64,000 nucleotides of DNA, taken from the NCBI GenBank assembly GCA_043747615.1, contig JAYTOU010000023.1:1-64000 (forward strand), given 5' to 3'. Both the position numbers and the translations under genes were made by a program. A model generated the notes under the pieces. It was given only the letters and a program-made list of their open reading frames with translations. It was not told the DNA's origin and did no database searches. Below, piece after piece: positions 26,010 to 35,341 of the stretch (position 1 is the stretch's first letter; every line of letters begins with the position of its first letter). The DNA comes from Myxococcales bacterium. Its GTDB lineage: Bacteria; Myxococcota_A; Polyangia; Polyangiales; Polyangiaceae.

Positions 26010-27749
26010 ATGACTCACGACAGTAATGCTTCATCACCTCCATCCGCGCGGGCGAATCTCGTCCGACGATCGAGTCCGCCCGCAAGCGCGACGGCCCCGA
26101 GCGCCGCCTACAACACGCGCATCATCTGGTCTCTCGCCCGGTACCTAGAGGATACGTGGGGTCCCGAGGCGCTGCAGAGCGCGGCCGCCGCAGCCGGACT
26201 GTCGGCCTCTGACTTCACGGGAAAGTATCGCTGGCTCTCGTGCGAGGAGTTCGAGAGTTTCTTGTCGGCCGCGCGCGAAAACTTCAGAGACGACGATCAT
26301 TTCAAGGAGGGTTGCGTTCACCGCCTCGCCGAAGGCTACGGCCCGGTGCGCTTCGTCCTTTTGGCGACTTCTCCGGCGACGATCTACGCGCTGAGCGCGA
26401 AGCACCTGAAGGTCGTTACCACGGTCAGCCAGTACACCGTCGTCAGCCAGAGCCGGACCGCCCTGCAGATGCGCGTAACGAGTGAGCGGTCATTCGGGCG
26501 ACTGGTTTGTCTGGTTCGTCAAGCCCAAGCCGTTGCCCTTCCCACGCTGTGGGGTTTGCCGGCGGCGACGCTGCGCGAAGATGGTTGCGTTGCCGCGGGC
26601 GACGCAGCCTGCAACTTTCATTTACGTTGGTACGACACCAAGCGGTGGTTGCCGATCCTGGCGGGCCTAGGCGCGGGCGTGGGCGCGATGATGGCGCTGC
26701 CCCCGGATCTCGCGCGCTTCGCGCTACCGGCTCTCGGCGCCGCGATGGGCTTCATTCACGAGCTCCGTCGGACGGAGCGAACGAATCTCGTGACGCGAGA
26801 CGAGGTCACTGCTGCGCTGCGAATCTTGGCGGAGGAGGGAGGAGAGGCTCGGCGTGAGATCATGGCGATCAATCAGCGCCAGCGTGATTGGTCGCGCATG
26901 CTCGAAGACGTCGCCGCAGAGAGAGCGGCGGCCGTCCAGAAGACGATCGCGCGCCTCGACGAGTTGCAGACCGTGCGGGAAAATAAGCTGCTTGGCGTCA
27001 CCCACGATCTGCGGAGTCCGCTGACGGTCATCTCGGTAGCGACGGACTGGTTGAAGGAGAACGCGGGTCGAATTCCGGACGGCGTGGCACTGGTCGACGA
27101 CCTCACCGATGCTGTCGCGCGCATGAAGCGGATGACCCAGGACCTCATGCAGCTGGCCTCCGCACAATCGAGCATCATGCAGCTCGCGCCCCAGCGGATC
27201 GAGGTCGCGCCGCTGACCGAGACACTTCGTCGGCGCATCCGCGCGCTCGTCCACGGCCGCGACATCCGAGCCAGCGTCTTCGGTACGCGCGAGGCGCCCG
27301 AGTACATTCAAACCGACCCGCTCCTCTTCGACCGCGTCATCGACAACCTGCTCGGCAACGCCGCAAAATATACCGCACGCGGAAGCATCGTCCTCGAGAT
27401 CGACGGGCTGCCCGGATTCCTCGTCATCAAGATCTCCGACACGGGGAGGGGCATCGAGCCCGAAGCGTTGGAGAAGACATTCTCGCCGGGCGGATCAGAC
27501 GCCGCCAAGCGAGCGCACGACAGTTACGGCGTCGGCCTTTCGGTCGTCGTGCAGCTTCTCGGGCAAGTTGGCGGTCGCTTGGACGTGATGTCGAAGCCGG
27601 GGAGCGGCACCACGTTTTGGGTCTATTTCCCCGTGAATACTGGGCGATTGAGCCTCGTGCCGCCTAGAGAGACCGCAACAACTCCAAATGTCGAACCGTA
27701 CCGCGACATCTTGAACCGCGTCGTAACCATCCGGAGGAAAACCGCGTGA
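26010..27749 (+). CDS. Sensor histidine kinase with an N-terminal HNOB/V4R-like domain
   Basis: N-terminal LARYLEDTWGPEAL..RWLS and EDGCVAAGDAACNFHLRW (V4R-like); hydrophobic hairpin; H-box THDLRSPL, N-box NLLGNAAKYT, DTGRGI and GVGL. Confidence 0.88.
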   Translation: MTHDSNASSPPSARANLVRRSSPPASATAPSAAYNTRIIWSLARYLEDTWGPEALQSAAAAAGLSASDFTGKYRWLSCEEFESFLSAARENFRDDDHFKEGCVHRLAEGYGPVRFVLLATSPATIYALSAKHLKVVTTVSQYTVVSQSRTALQMRVTSERSFGRLVCLVRQAQAVALPTLWGLPAATLREDGCVAAGDAACNFHLRWYDTKRWLPILAGLGAGVGAMMALPPDLARFALPALGAAMGFIHELRRTERTNLVTRDEVTAALRILAEEGGEARREIMAINQRQRDWSRMLEDVAAERAAAVQKTIARLDELQTVRENKLLGVTHDLRSPLTVISVATDWLKENAGRIPDGVALVDDLTDAVARMKRMTQDLMQLASAQSSIMQLAPQRIEVAPLTETLRRRIRALVHGRDIRASVFGTREAPEYIQTDPLLFDRVIDNLLGNAAKYTARGSIVLEIDGLPGFLVIKISDTGRGIEPEALEKTFSPGGSDAAKRAHDSYGVGLSVVVQLLGQVGGRLDVMSKPGSGTTFWVYFPVNTGRLSLVPPRETATTPNVEPYRDILNRVVTIRRKTA

Positions 27750-29527
27750 ACGCAGCCATCTCGAAATTTCCAAGCACACCTCCGCCGTCCGACGTTATAG
27801 GCGTCGATCGGGCCCCTCGCGTCGTCGACGTCTTCCTGCGCTACCTGAAGGCCGAGGGCGTCCGGATCGTCTTCGGCATTCCCGGCGGTCTCCTCTACCC
27901 GTTCTTCGCGGCCGTCGAGAACGATCCCGACCTTCGACTGATCGCGACCAAGCACGAGCAGGGCGCCGCTTTCATGGCGGACGGCTACTCTCGCGTGAAC
28001 CGCTGCCTCTCCGTGTGCGCAGGAACGTCGGGACCCGGCTCTACCAACCTTCTCACCGCGGTCGCCTGCGCGTTCTCCGACGGCGTCCCGCTCCTCGTCA
28101 TCACCGGACAGGCCGCGACGCATGCCCTCGGAAAAGGCGCGGCCCAGGAGACGACGCGCGAGGACATCGACATCGTCGACATGTTCCGCCCGGTGACGAA
28201 GTACTCCGCGATGGTGACCTCGCCCGGAAGCATGGCCCACCACCTTCGGCGCGCTCTGCGCAACGCGCTCAGCGGCAGGCCCGGCCCCGTGCACCTCAAC
28301 GTTCCCGTGGAGCTGTGGGAGAAGCCGCTGACCGAAGACTGGTTCGATCCGCGAACCTACCGTCCCGAGTCGCGGGGCTTCGATCGGCTCGCCGTGCAGC
28401 GCGCCGGGGACGTCCTTCTCGAGGCACAATACCCCGTAATTTTGGCTGGATCCGGCGTCGGCATCGCGGGCGCGCGAGAGCACCTGAAGACACTGGCCGA
28501 TCTTCTTCAAGCGCGGGTCGCCACCACACCGCGCGCAAAAGGCCTCTACCCCGAAGACGACCCCTACTCTCTCGGCGTGCTGGGCGTAGCCGGTCACCGC
28601 GAGGCGCGGGAAATCATCTTGGGCAAAACGGTCGACGTCCTCTTCAGCGTGGGCGCATCTCTGAACGAGACGAGCACCCTCAACTGGGACCCGCGGCTCC
28701 TGCCTTCGAAATCTTTCATCCAGCTCGACATCGAATCCGACCGCATCGGCCGGAACTACCCGGTGGACATCGCGCTCGTCGGAGACGCGCAGAGCATTCT
28801 CGTCGAGCTCGTCTATCACCTCCATCGCCGCATTCGCGAGGGAGCGTTTCCCGCTTCCCTCTGGGATCGGAGCCCTCCCCTCGTCCGATCCGACGACCGC
28901 TACGACGGTGGTGCCCTGCGCAAGTCGGACGCCATTCCTGTGAGCCCCCAACGCTGGCGAAGCGATCTCGAGGAGGTTCTGCCAGACAACGCGATCATCT
29001 TCTCGGATATCGGCGGGCACATGCTCTTCAACATCCATCACCTTTGCATTCGCAAGAACCAACAGTTCTTCATCAACTTGGGTTTCGGATCGATGGGCCA
29101 CGGCACGAACGCACCGATCGGAGCGGCTCTCGCAGACCCAGGCAGGCCAGTCTTCGCGATCGTCGGGGACGCCTGTTTTACGATGAACGGGATGGACCTC
29201 ATCACTGCTGCCGAGCACGACGTGCCAGTGATCTGGATCGTCGAGAACAACAACATGCACGGCATCACGTGGCACTGCAGCAAGCTCCTCGGCAATGGTC
29301 AGGGCCTGGAATCTGCGCGCTACCGCAGGCCGCTCGAGGTGGCTTCGATCGCCCGCGCCATGGGCTTACATGCGTTCGTCGTCGACGCACCCAACAAGAT
29401 TCAGGCTGCGGTTCGCGAGGCGCTTCGTCTAGGCAGACCGGCTCTCATCGAGGTGAGAGTCGACGGCTCAATCTGTCCACCCATTGGTGAGCGCACGCAA
29501 TCGCTCGCCGGCTTCATCGAAAAGTGA
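27746..29527 (+). CDS. Thiamine-diphosphate-dependent enzyme (acetolactate-synthase-like superfamily)
   Basis: VFGIPGG, KHEQGAAFMADGY (catalytic Glu), TSGPG, GRPGPVHL, GSMGHG and the ThDP motif GDAC..NN. GTGA overlap with the kinase. Confidence 0.9.
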   Translation: MNAAISKFPSTPPPSDVIGVDRAPRVVDVFLRYLKAEGVRIVFGIPGGLLYPFFAAVENDPDLRLIATKHEQGAAFMADGYSRVNRCLSVCAGTSGPGSTNLLTAVACAFSDGVPLLVITGQAATHALGKGAAQETTREDIDIVDMFRPVTKYSAMVTSPGSMAHHLRRALRNALSGRPGPVHLNVPVELWEKPLTEDWFDPRTYRPESRGFDRLAVQRAGDVLLEAQYPVILAGSGVGIAGAREHLKTLADLLQARVATTPRAKGLYPEDDPYSLGVLGVAGHREAREIILGKTVDVLFSVGASLNETSTLNWDPRLLPSKSFIQLDIESDRIGRNYPVDIALVGDAQSILVELVYHLHRRIREGAFPASLWDRSPPLVRSDDRYDGGALRKSDAIPVSPQRWRSDLEEVLPDNAIIFSDIGGHMLFNIHHLCIRKNQQFFINLGFGSMGHGTNAPIGAALADPGRPVFAIVGDACFTMNGMDLITAAEHDVPVIWIVENNNMHGITWHCSKLLGNGQGLESARYRRPLEVASIARAMGLHAFVVDAPNKIQAAVREALRLGRPALIEVRVDGSICPPIGERTQSLAGFIEK

Positions 29528-30228
29528 GCGCCTCCGATCCCGAGCCGCGCTCTGGCCCCTTCGACGATCACACCTGGCCCGAGAAACTCACGGCGCGCGT
29601 CGTAACTCCTGGCGCGCAGCCGCGGCTGCACGGCTACGACATCGAGGGCGATCTCGCTCTGCACTACCCGTGGCACGCAACGCTATTTCTGTCGATCGTC
29701 GGTGAGCTCCCCGACGATGCGACCTCGCGAGTCTTCGACGTGACCATGCAATTCGCGAGCGTCATCAGCGTGGCAGAGGCTCCATCGCATGCCGCGGTGC
29801 TCGCGCGCATCTGTGATGCGTCGACGGCCGGCATGTCCAGTGTGGCAATGCTCGGACTCGGGGAGCAGGCGCGTTTTCTCGTTGGCGAGTATCGACCTTG
29901 GCTCGAGTGGCTCCGCAGCCCAGCCGACGAAATTCCGGACATTGCGCGCGCGGACACTGACCACGGGCAAACGGCGATCGACCGACTCCGCAAGGCGATT
30001 TTGCCGACCGGGCTCGCCGTGACTGGCCTCGAACGTGAGATCAACCGAACCGCGGGCGTCCTCGCATGCTTTTTCCGTTGCGGCCTCGTCAATGACGATC
30101 ACCTAGAGGTCGCAATCGCTCTCGCCCGTTTTCCGCTGGTCATGGCCGAGGCCCTGGCCACGCCGTCCGGAAGCTTCAAGGACTATCCCGTAAGGCTTCC
30201 GCAGATTCGATACGAGGAAGAGTCGTGA
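29524..30228 (+). CDS. Citrate-synthase/citryl-CoA-lyase-fold protein A (divergent)
   Basis: RLHGYDIEGDL, LSIVGELP, APSHAAVLAR and terminal RY motif; GTGA overlap; canonical catalytic His/Asp not evident. Confidence 0.65.
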   Translation: MSASDPEPRSGPFDDHTWPEKLTARVVTPGAQPRLHGYDIEGDLALHYPWHATLFLSIVGELPDDATSRVFDVTMQFASVISVAEAPSHAAVLARICDASTAGMSSVAMLGLGEQARFLVGEYRPWLEWLRSPADEIPDIARADTDHGQTAIDRLRKAILPTGLAVTGLEREINRTAGVLACFFRCGLVNDDHLEVAIALARFPLVMAEALATPSGSFKDYPVRLPQIRYEEES

Positions 30229-31034
30229 AGGTGGATCCTCTCGTCACCCGCGTGGCCCACGCGGGTCACGGCGCACACCGTTTTTTCGGGCACGACGTTT
30301 TCGGGGATCTTCTCGGAAGAGAGACCGTAACGGGCCTCCTGGCGCTCTCGGTAACTGGCCGCCGACTTTCCCACGAAGAGAAAGAGCTTCTTGACTGCCT
30401 CTCCGTCGTCCTTAGTGTCGCCGACCCAAGGATCTGGCCACTCAAAATCACCCGGCTCATCGGAGCCTACGGCAGAACGTCCGCCGCCTTCTGCTCGGCG
30501 CAAATTTGCGTCGACAGCGATGTGATCGGGATGTGGTCTGGAGCACAGCAGGCCGCACAAACTCTGCTCGATTTGCAGGCAGCACTCACGGCTCCAGAGT
30601 CGTCGGAGGACGAGCTTGCGGCGTTCCTCGCCACGAAGAAGCGACTGATCGGCTACGGGGTCCCGTTCCGTGCCCGTGACGAACGACTCGACGCGCTCCG
30701 CGAGTGTCTCGAGCAACGAGGACGCACGGGGATGACTTTTTGGCGCCTACAGGAGCGCTTGTCCGAGATGGTTACTCGAACCCGAAACATTGGCCCAAAC
30801 ATCGTCATCGGGACGGCCGCGATGCTTCTCGACTTGGGATTTGACGTGCGCCAGGTTCCCGCGATGGGTCACCTCCTACTTCTACCAACGTTCGTCGCCA
30901 ACGCGGTCGAAGGCGCGGCCCAGGCGCCCGCGGTTCTCCGGTGCCTGCCCGACGACGCGATCGACTACATCGGTGTCGCTCCACGCCTCAGCGAACGCGC
31001 ACAAAGACGACCGGGCGCCTTATCTTTCCCCTGA
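30225..31034 (+). CDS. Citrate-synthase/citryl-CoA-lyase-fold protein B (divergent)
   Basis: FFGHDVFGDLLG, ADPRIWP, IGYGVPFRARDER, PNIV..AMLLDLGF and IDYIG; GTGA overlap. Confidence 0.7.
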   Translation: MKVDPLVTRVAHAGHGAHRFFGHDVFGDLLGRETVTGLLALSVTGRRLSHEEKELLDCLSVVLSVADPRIWPLKITRLIGAYGRTSAAFCSAQICVDSDVIGMWSGAQQAAQTLLDLQAALTAPESSEDELAAFLATKKRLIGYGVPFRARDERLDALRECLEQRGRTGMTFWRLQERLSEMVTRTRNIGPNIVIGTAAMLLDLGFDVRQVPAMGHLLLLPTFVANAVEGAAQAPAVLRCLPDDAIDYIGVAPRLSERAQRRPGALSFP

Positions 31035-31061
31035 ACGGGCCGTTCCAGGTGGTGAGGGCCA

Positions 31062-32393
31062 GTGATGACGAAGACCACGCCGCAGCAAGCACCGGTGTCG
31101 AAGCGTGTTGGGTACGATGTGGGAGCCGTCATCGACGGTCGCTATGAGCTTCGCAGAGAGCTCGGCCGTGGTGCCGCAGGGCTCGTCTTCGAGGCCGTTC
31201 ACTGCTTCACCCATCGCGACGTCGCGATCAAGATCGTTGCACCCGACGCCTCGTACGCGGTCGTCGACGAGCTCCGCGCGCGGCTGATTCGCGAGGCCCG
31301 AGCTCTCGCCGCCACCCGGCACCCCGGCATCGTCGACATCCTCGACGGCGGAACGACCGAGGACGGCATCCCGTACATTGTCCTCGAAATGCTGCGCGGC
31401 CGGACGTTGGGCGGGCTCCTCGCGGCGCGAGGAAAACTCTCCGTGGAAGACTCCGTTGGTGTTGGTCTGCAGATTTGCGACGCGCTTGCGGCGGCCCACA
31501 AGGCGGGAATCGTTCATCGCGATCTCAAGCCCGAGAACATTTTTGCCGTCCGCGAGTACGACGCGGAGCGCATCAAGCTCGTCGACTTCGGGATCGCCCA
31601 GGTCCGTCAAAGCGGCCAAGGCAAGCTCACTGGGATCGGCGCCGTCATAGGAACGCCGGAGTACATGGCGCCCGAGCAGCTCCTCGCCTTCGACGACATC
31701 GACGAGCGCGCCGACGTCTACGCGCTCGGCATCACGATGTACGAGTGCCTGACGGGTCAATGCCCCTACGTCGGAACCTACCAGCAGCTCCTGCTCGAGT
31801 CCGTAACGCCGAAGCCCCCCAAGCCGCTCGTCGAGATCTGTCCCGAAGTCGGAGAGGCCCTGGCCGCGGTGGTCCATCGAGCGTTCGCCAAGAAGCGCGA
31901 CGATCGCTTTCAGTCGATCGTCGACCTGTGGCATGCGATCGAAGACGCCGTTCCCAACGCCGTTGCACGAACGACCCTGCTCGGACCACGGCCGGCGCTC
32001 GCAAAGGCTCCTTCCCTCGTTCCTTCACCGAAACCTGTCGCCGCGGGCCAGAGGCGCCGTTGGCCGCGGGCTCCCTACGCGACACCGGTGCGCATTCTCC
32101 TCCCGAACGGCGGTACCTTGGACGGACGGAACGAGGACATCTCGGAAGGCGGAATGCTCCTTCTGTCACGCGAGGTCTGCGCCGAAGGAGAGACCGTGCA
32201 GGTACGCTTCGCCCTCCCGATGGAGGGTAACGTCGTTACGTGCTCGGCGGTCGTTCGATGGTTGCGCGCGGCGAGGCCGGATGACGCCGAGAGCCCGCGG
32301 GCCATCGGCCTCGAGTTCGTGGACCTCGCTCCCGAAGTACGCGCGTCGGTCGCCCGCTACGTCGCCCTGATCGGTGATCCCAACCAAGGGTAG
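31062..32393 (+). CDS. Hanks-type Ser/Thr kinase with a C-terminal PilZ domain
   Basis: LGRGAAG, VAIK, HRDLKPEN, DFG and GTPEYMAPE; PilZ RRWPR and DISEGG; no TM helix. Confidence 0.92.
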   Translation: MMTKTTPQQAPVSKRVGYDVGAVIDGRYELRRELGRGAAGLVFEAVHCFTHRDVAIKIVAPDASYAVVDELRARLIREARALAATRHPGIVDILDGGTTEDGIPYIVLEMLRGRTLGGLLAARGKLSVEDSVGVGLQICDALAAAHKAGIVHRDLKPENIFAVREYDAERIKLVDFGIAQVRQSGQGKLTGIGAVIGTPEYMAPEQLLAFDDIDERADVYALGITMYECLTGQCPYVGTYQQLLLESVTPKPPKPLVEICPEVGEALAAVVHRAFAKKRDDRFQSIVDLWHAIEDAVPNAVARTTLLGPRPALAKAPSLVPSPKPVAAGQRRRWPRAPYATPVRILLPNGGTLDGRNEDISEGGMLLLSREVCAEGETVQVRFALPMEGNVVTCSAVVRWLRAARPDDAESPRAIGLEFVDLAPEVRASVARYVALIGDPNQG

Positions 32394-32410
32394 TATGCTC
32401 ACGGCGCTCG

Positions 32411-33580
32411 ATGGCCGCGCCTTCCCGGTTTCTGCAGCTCGATCTGCTCGACAATCGCTACCCGGCGCTGCACGGGCTGCGCTTCCTCGCGATCGTGAGC
32501 GTCGTTCAGTACCACGTGACCTGGGTGTTCCGCGGCGAGCAAGGGATCGCGCTCGATGGCGGGTTCGTCGCGTCGTCCCTGAGCGTCTTTTTCGGGATGG
32601 ACCTCTTCTTCATGTTGAGCGGATTCCTCATCGGATCCATTCTCCTCCGCTCGCTTGCTCAGGCCGGAACCCAGCAGCTTGGGCGCTTCTACCTGCGCCG
32701 TATTTTTCGCACGTTCCCTTCCTACTACGTGGTGCTCACCTACCTCGCGCTCACCACCGCTCTCACCGCGGCGCAGCGCCAGCACCTCCCGTACGAGTAC
32801 GTGTACGGAACGAATTTCCTCAATCTGGCGCGGCCCAGCGTCGTCATGTTTTGGGGTTGGTCGCTCGCGCTCGAGGAACAATTTTACCTTACGGTGCCGC
32901 TCCTCTTCTTCGTCTTGCATCGGTTGGGAAGCGACCGCGCGCGCGTGCTGCTTCTCTTTCTCTTGTGGTGCTCCGGGCTCGCCGTAAGGCTATTTATTTT
33001 CTATCGGCACGCGCCGTGGTCCGACATCGGTCTCTACAGCGCGATCTACTTTCGCACGCACACGCGCTTCGACACCCTGATCGCGGGCATCCTCCTCGCC
33101 TTCGTCAATCACAGGTGGCACGACGAGATTGCTCGCTGGCTCGGGCAACCGTTCCATCGCGCGCTCATTGCGCTGCCTTCGCTCGGATGCCTGTGGCTCC
33201 TCCTCCGCCCGTGGTTGTTCGGGCTTGCGAATCTGCAGCTCGTCCACATGTTCGCCTGGGGGACGGTCACCACCTTGATGTATTTCGGTTGGGTGCTCCT
33301 CCTCCTGCACGGCGACGGATGGATCCATCGCGCGCTCTCGATCCCCTTATTTCGCTGCATGGCTACGCTCGGCTACGGCGTGTACCTGGTGCATATTCCG
33401 CTCTGCGATCGCGTCCTCGTTCCCGTCGCCCACGAGCTCGAAGCGCGTCGCGTACCGATGGCTGTCGTGTGGCCCGCGTCCGTCCTCGCGCTCATGCTTG
33501 GCTCCCTTGCGCTCGCCTACGTGATGCACGTCCTCATCGAGAAACCGTCCCTCCGCCTCCGCCAGCGCCTCGCGGCCTAG
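32411..33580 (+). CDS. Acyltransferase family 3 (OafA/OatA-like) membrane O-acyltransferase
   Basis: LHGLRFLAI, GMDLFFMLSGFLI, FYLRRIFR, WSLALEEQFY, YGVYLVH and IEKP motifs. Confidence 0.9.
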   Translation: MAAPSRFLQLDLLDNRYPALHGLRFLAIVSVVQYHVTWVFRGEQGIALDGGFVASSLSVFFGMDLFFMLSGFLIGSILLRSLAQAGTQQLGRFYLRRIFRTFPSYYVVLTYLALTTALTAAQRQHLPYEYVYGTNFLNLARPSVVMFWGWSLALEEQFYLTVPLLFFVLHRLGSDRARVLLLFLLWCSGLAVRLFIFYRHAPWSDIGLYSAIYFRTHTRFDTLIAGILLAFVNHRWHDEIARWLGQPFHRALIALPSLGCLWLLLRPWLFGLANLQLVHMFAWGTVTTLMYFGWVLLLLHGDGWIHRALSIPLFRCMATLGYGVYLVHIPLCDRVLVPVAHELEARRVPMAVVWPASVLALMLGSLALAYVMHVLIEKPSLRLRQRLAA

Positions 33581-33590
33581 CCACGCTACG

Positions 33591-35330
33591 CTACGGATCG
33601 AAAGGAAGGCCGAAGCCGGGCTTCGGGAGATCCGCCGCGCGGAACCCGTCGAAATTTTCGACGAGCCAGACGAATGTGGCCGCGTCGAGATCGCGATCGA
33701 ACTCGAAGCTCACGTCGAATGGGCCCTCCGCGCCCACCGCGATCACCTTCGCGCGCATCCCGGGCAAGATCACCTCGGAGCCCGCCGAGAGCTGCGCGTC
33801 GTTCGCGCGGAACAAGTTGTTCTGGAACGGATAGAGCCCGCGGTCGGGCCGGAGCACGAGCTCGATCGTCCGGAGGTCCTTCCGAAGCACGAGTGTGTGA
33901 CCGGTGTGGGCAAGCGTTCTCCAGCGCGCAGGCTGAGCCCCTCGTGGATCGAGCGCGAAGGGCCCGAAGAACATGTCCGCCATGCCTCGGATCACGATCA
34001 CGCTCGCCGTTTCCCGATCAGGGAGCTGAGACGCTACCCACGCGGTACGCGAAGCGAAATCGATCGAGCCACGGCGAAGCTGTGCGCCCGTGAGCCACGC
34101 CGTTACCGGACCTTGCACGAGCTGCGCGTAGCCGAACATCAGCGCGACGAGACCGGTGAGCTCCGCCACTCGGGTGCGCATCCGTGGGACGGCGGGGAAC
34201 CAGGCGTAGTCGAGAAAGAGAGCGATCACGGCGGACACCCCGAGGTAGCTCACGCCGAGAAGACGGCTCGAAGGGACGACGGCGAGCACCGGCACCAAGG
34301 AGATCACCGAGCCGACGAGCAACCACGAAGCCGCTCTGTGCTGCTCTGTGCCGAGGAGCGCGAACATGCGACGAAGCGGCACGAAGGCGAGGCTGAAGGC
34401 GATGATCACGATCAACGCGACCCACCCCGCCGGTGTAACCCCCCAGCTTATGGTGTCGATGGTCAGCCACCCTCCGCCGAGCAGAGCGACGAGGCGCACC
34501 GGGGCATGCGCCACGAAGGCGAGCGGATCACGCAGCGGATCCGAGTAGAATCCCGAGCCCGCGGTTCCGTAGCCAAGCGCTCCGCGCGCCGCGAGGTACA
34601 GCGCCGTCGGCGCCGCAAATGGGAGCACGCCGCTCACGCGCCTGGCGAAGGCCTCGCCGCGAGAAACGAGCTCGATCGCGAGAACGTACCCGATGAAGCA
34701 CAGCGCGTATTCGCCCCCGAGCATCGAGAGCGCGAAAAGAATCGTGGCAAGCGCGGCGTGGCGAACGCTCCGCTCCTCACGCCAGTGCACGTAGGCGGCG
34801 AGCGCGAAGGTCCCGAAGGCGAGCGAGATGAGCGCGTCACGGTTGGCGAGCCAGGCCAGCGGAATGGCGTGACACGGCGCGACGGCGAAGATCAGCGTAG
34901 CGATGCCCGTCACACGCGGCGAGAACGTCCGCCGAAAGAGGGACCGCGCCGCAACGACGGCCGACGCCCACCACAGCAGCGAATGCAGATGAAGAGGAAG
35001 CGATCGATTTCCGAAGACGCCATGTTCGGCCCACATGAGCGCGCTCGAGAGTGGGCGGAAGAAGCGGATTTTCAACTTCGGGCTAGACCACCAAGGAAGG
35101 ATCCCGCGCTCGAGAAGTACCGGGCGGTCCGTGTCGTTGACGAAATCGTACAGGTCGAACGGCCCCCGCGCGGCCGGGAAAGTTCCCTCCAACATAGAAA
35201 TATGGAGGTAGTCGTCGAGAAGGAACGGGGTTCCCAGGGCAGGCAGGTGGGTAAGCACGCCCGCGAGAAGGACCGCGAGAAGGACCCTTACGACGGGAGG
35301 TTGTCCGGAGCCCGCCACGGTGGTAGGCAA
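33591..35330 (-). CDS. Multi-TM GT-C-like (ArnT/PMT/TMTC-type) putative glycosyltransferase
   Basis: FLLDDY after TM1, FFRPL, WLANR, many TMs and a C-terminal soluble domain; start uncertain. Confidence 0.6.
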   Translation of the reverse strand: MPTTVAGSGQPPVVRVLLAVLLAGVLTHLPALGTPFLLDDYLHISMLEGTFPAARGPFDLYDFVNDTDRPVLLERGILPWWSSPKLKIRFFRPLSSALMWAEHGVFGNRSLPLHLHSLLWWASAVVAARSLFRRTFSPRVTGIATLIFAVAPCHAIPLAWLANRDALISLAFGTFALAAYVHWREERSVRHAALATILFALSMLGGEYALCFIGYVLAIELVSRGEAFARRVSGVLPFAAPTALYLAARGALGYGTAGSGFYSDPLRDPLAFVAHAPVRLVALLGGGWLTIDTISWGVTPAGWVALIVIIAFSLAFVPLRRMFALLGTEQHRAASWLLVGSVISLVPVLAVVPSSRLLGVSYLGVSAVIALFLDYAWFPAVPRMRTRVAELTGLVALMFGYAQLVQGPVTAWLTGAQLRRGSIDFASRTAWVASQLPDRETASVIVIRGMADMFFGPFALDPRGAQPARWRTLAHTGHTLVLRKDLRTIELVLRPDRGLYPFQNNLFRANDAQLSAGSEVILPGMRAKVIAVGAEGPFDVSFEFDRDLDAATFVWLVENFDGFRAADLPKPGFGLPFDP

Positions 35331-35341
35331 AGCATACCAAC

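Noticed and set aside
27623..29275. 550-aa minus-strand ORF (also 28015-29490 on plus)
   Set aside because: Shadow or alternative frames of the ThDP enzyme gene.
27746..29527. Calling the ThDP enzyme ilvB/ilvI
   Set aside because: No small subunit or ilvC nearby and the context is signalling; gene symbol withheld.
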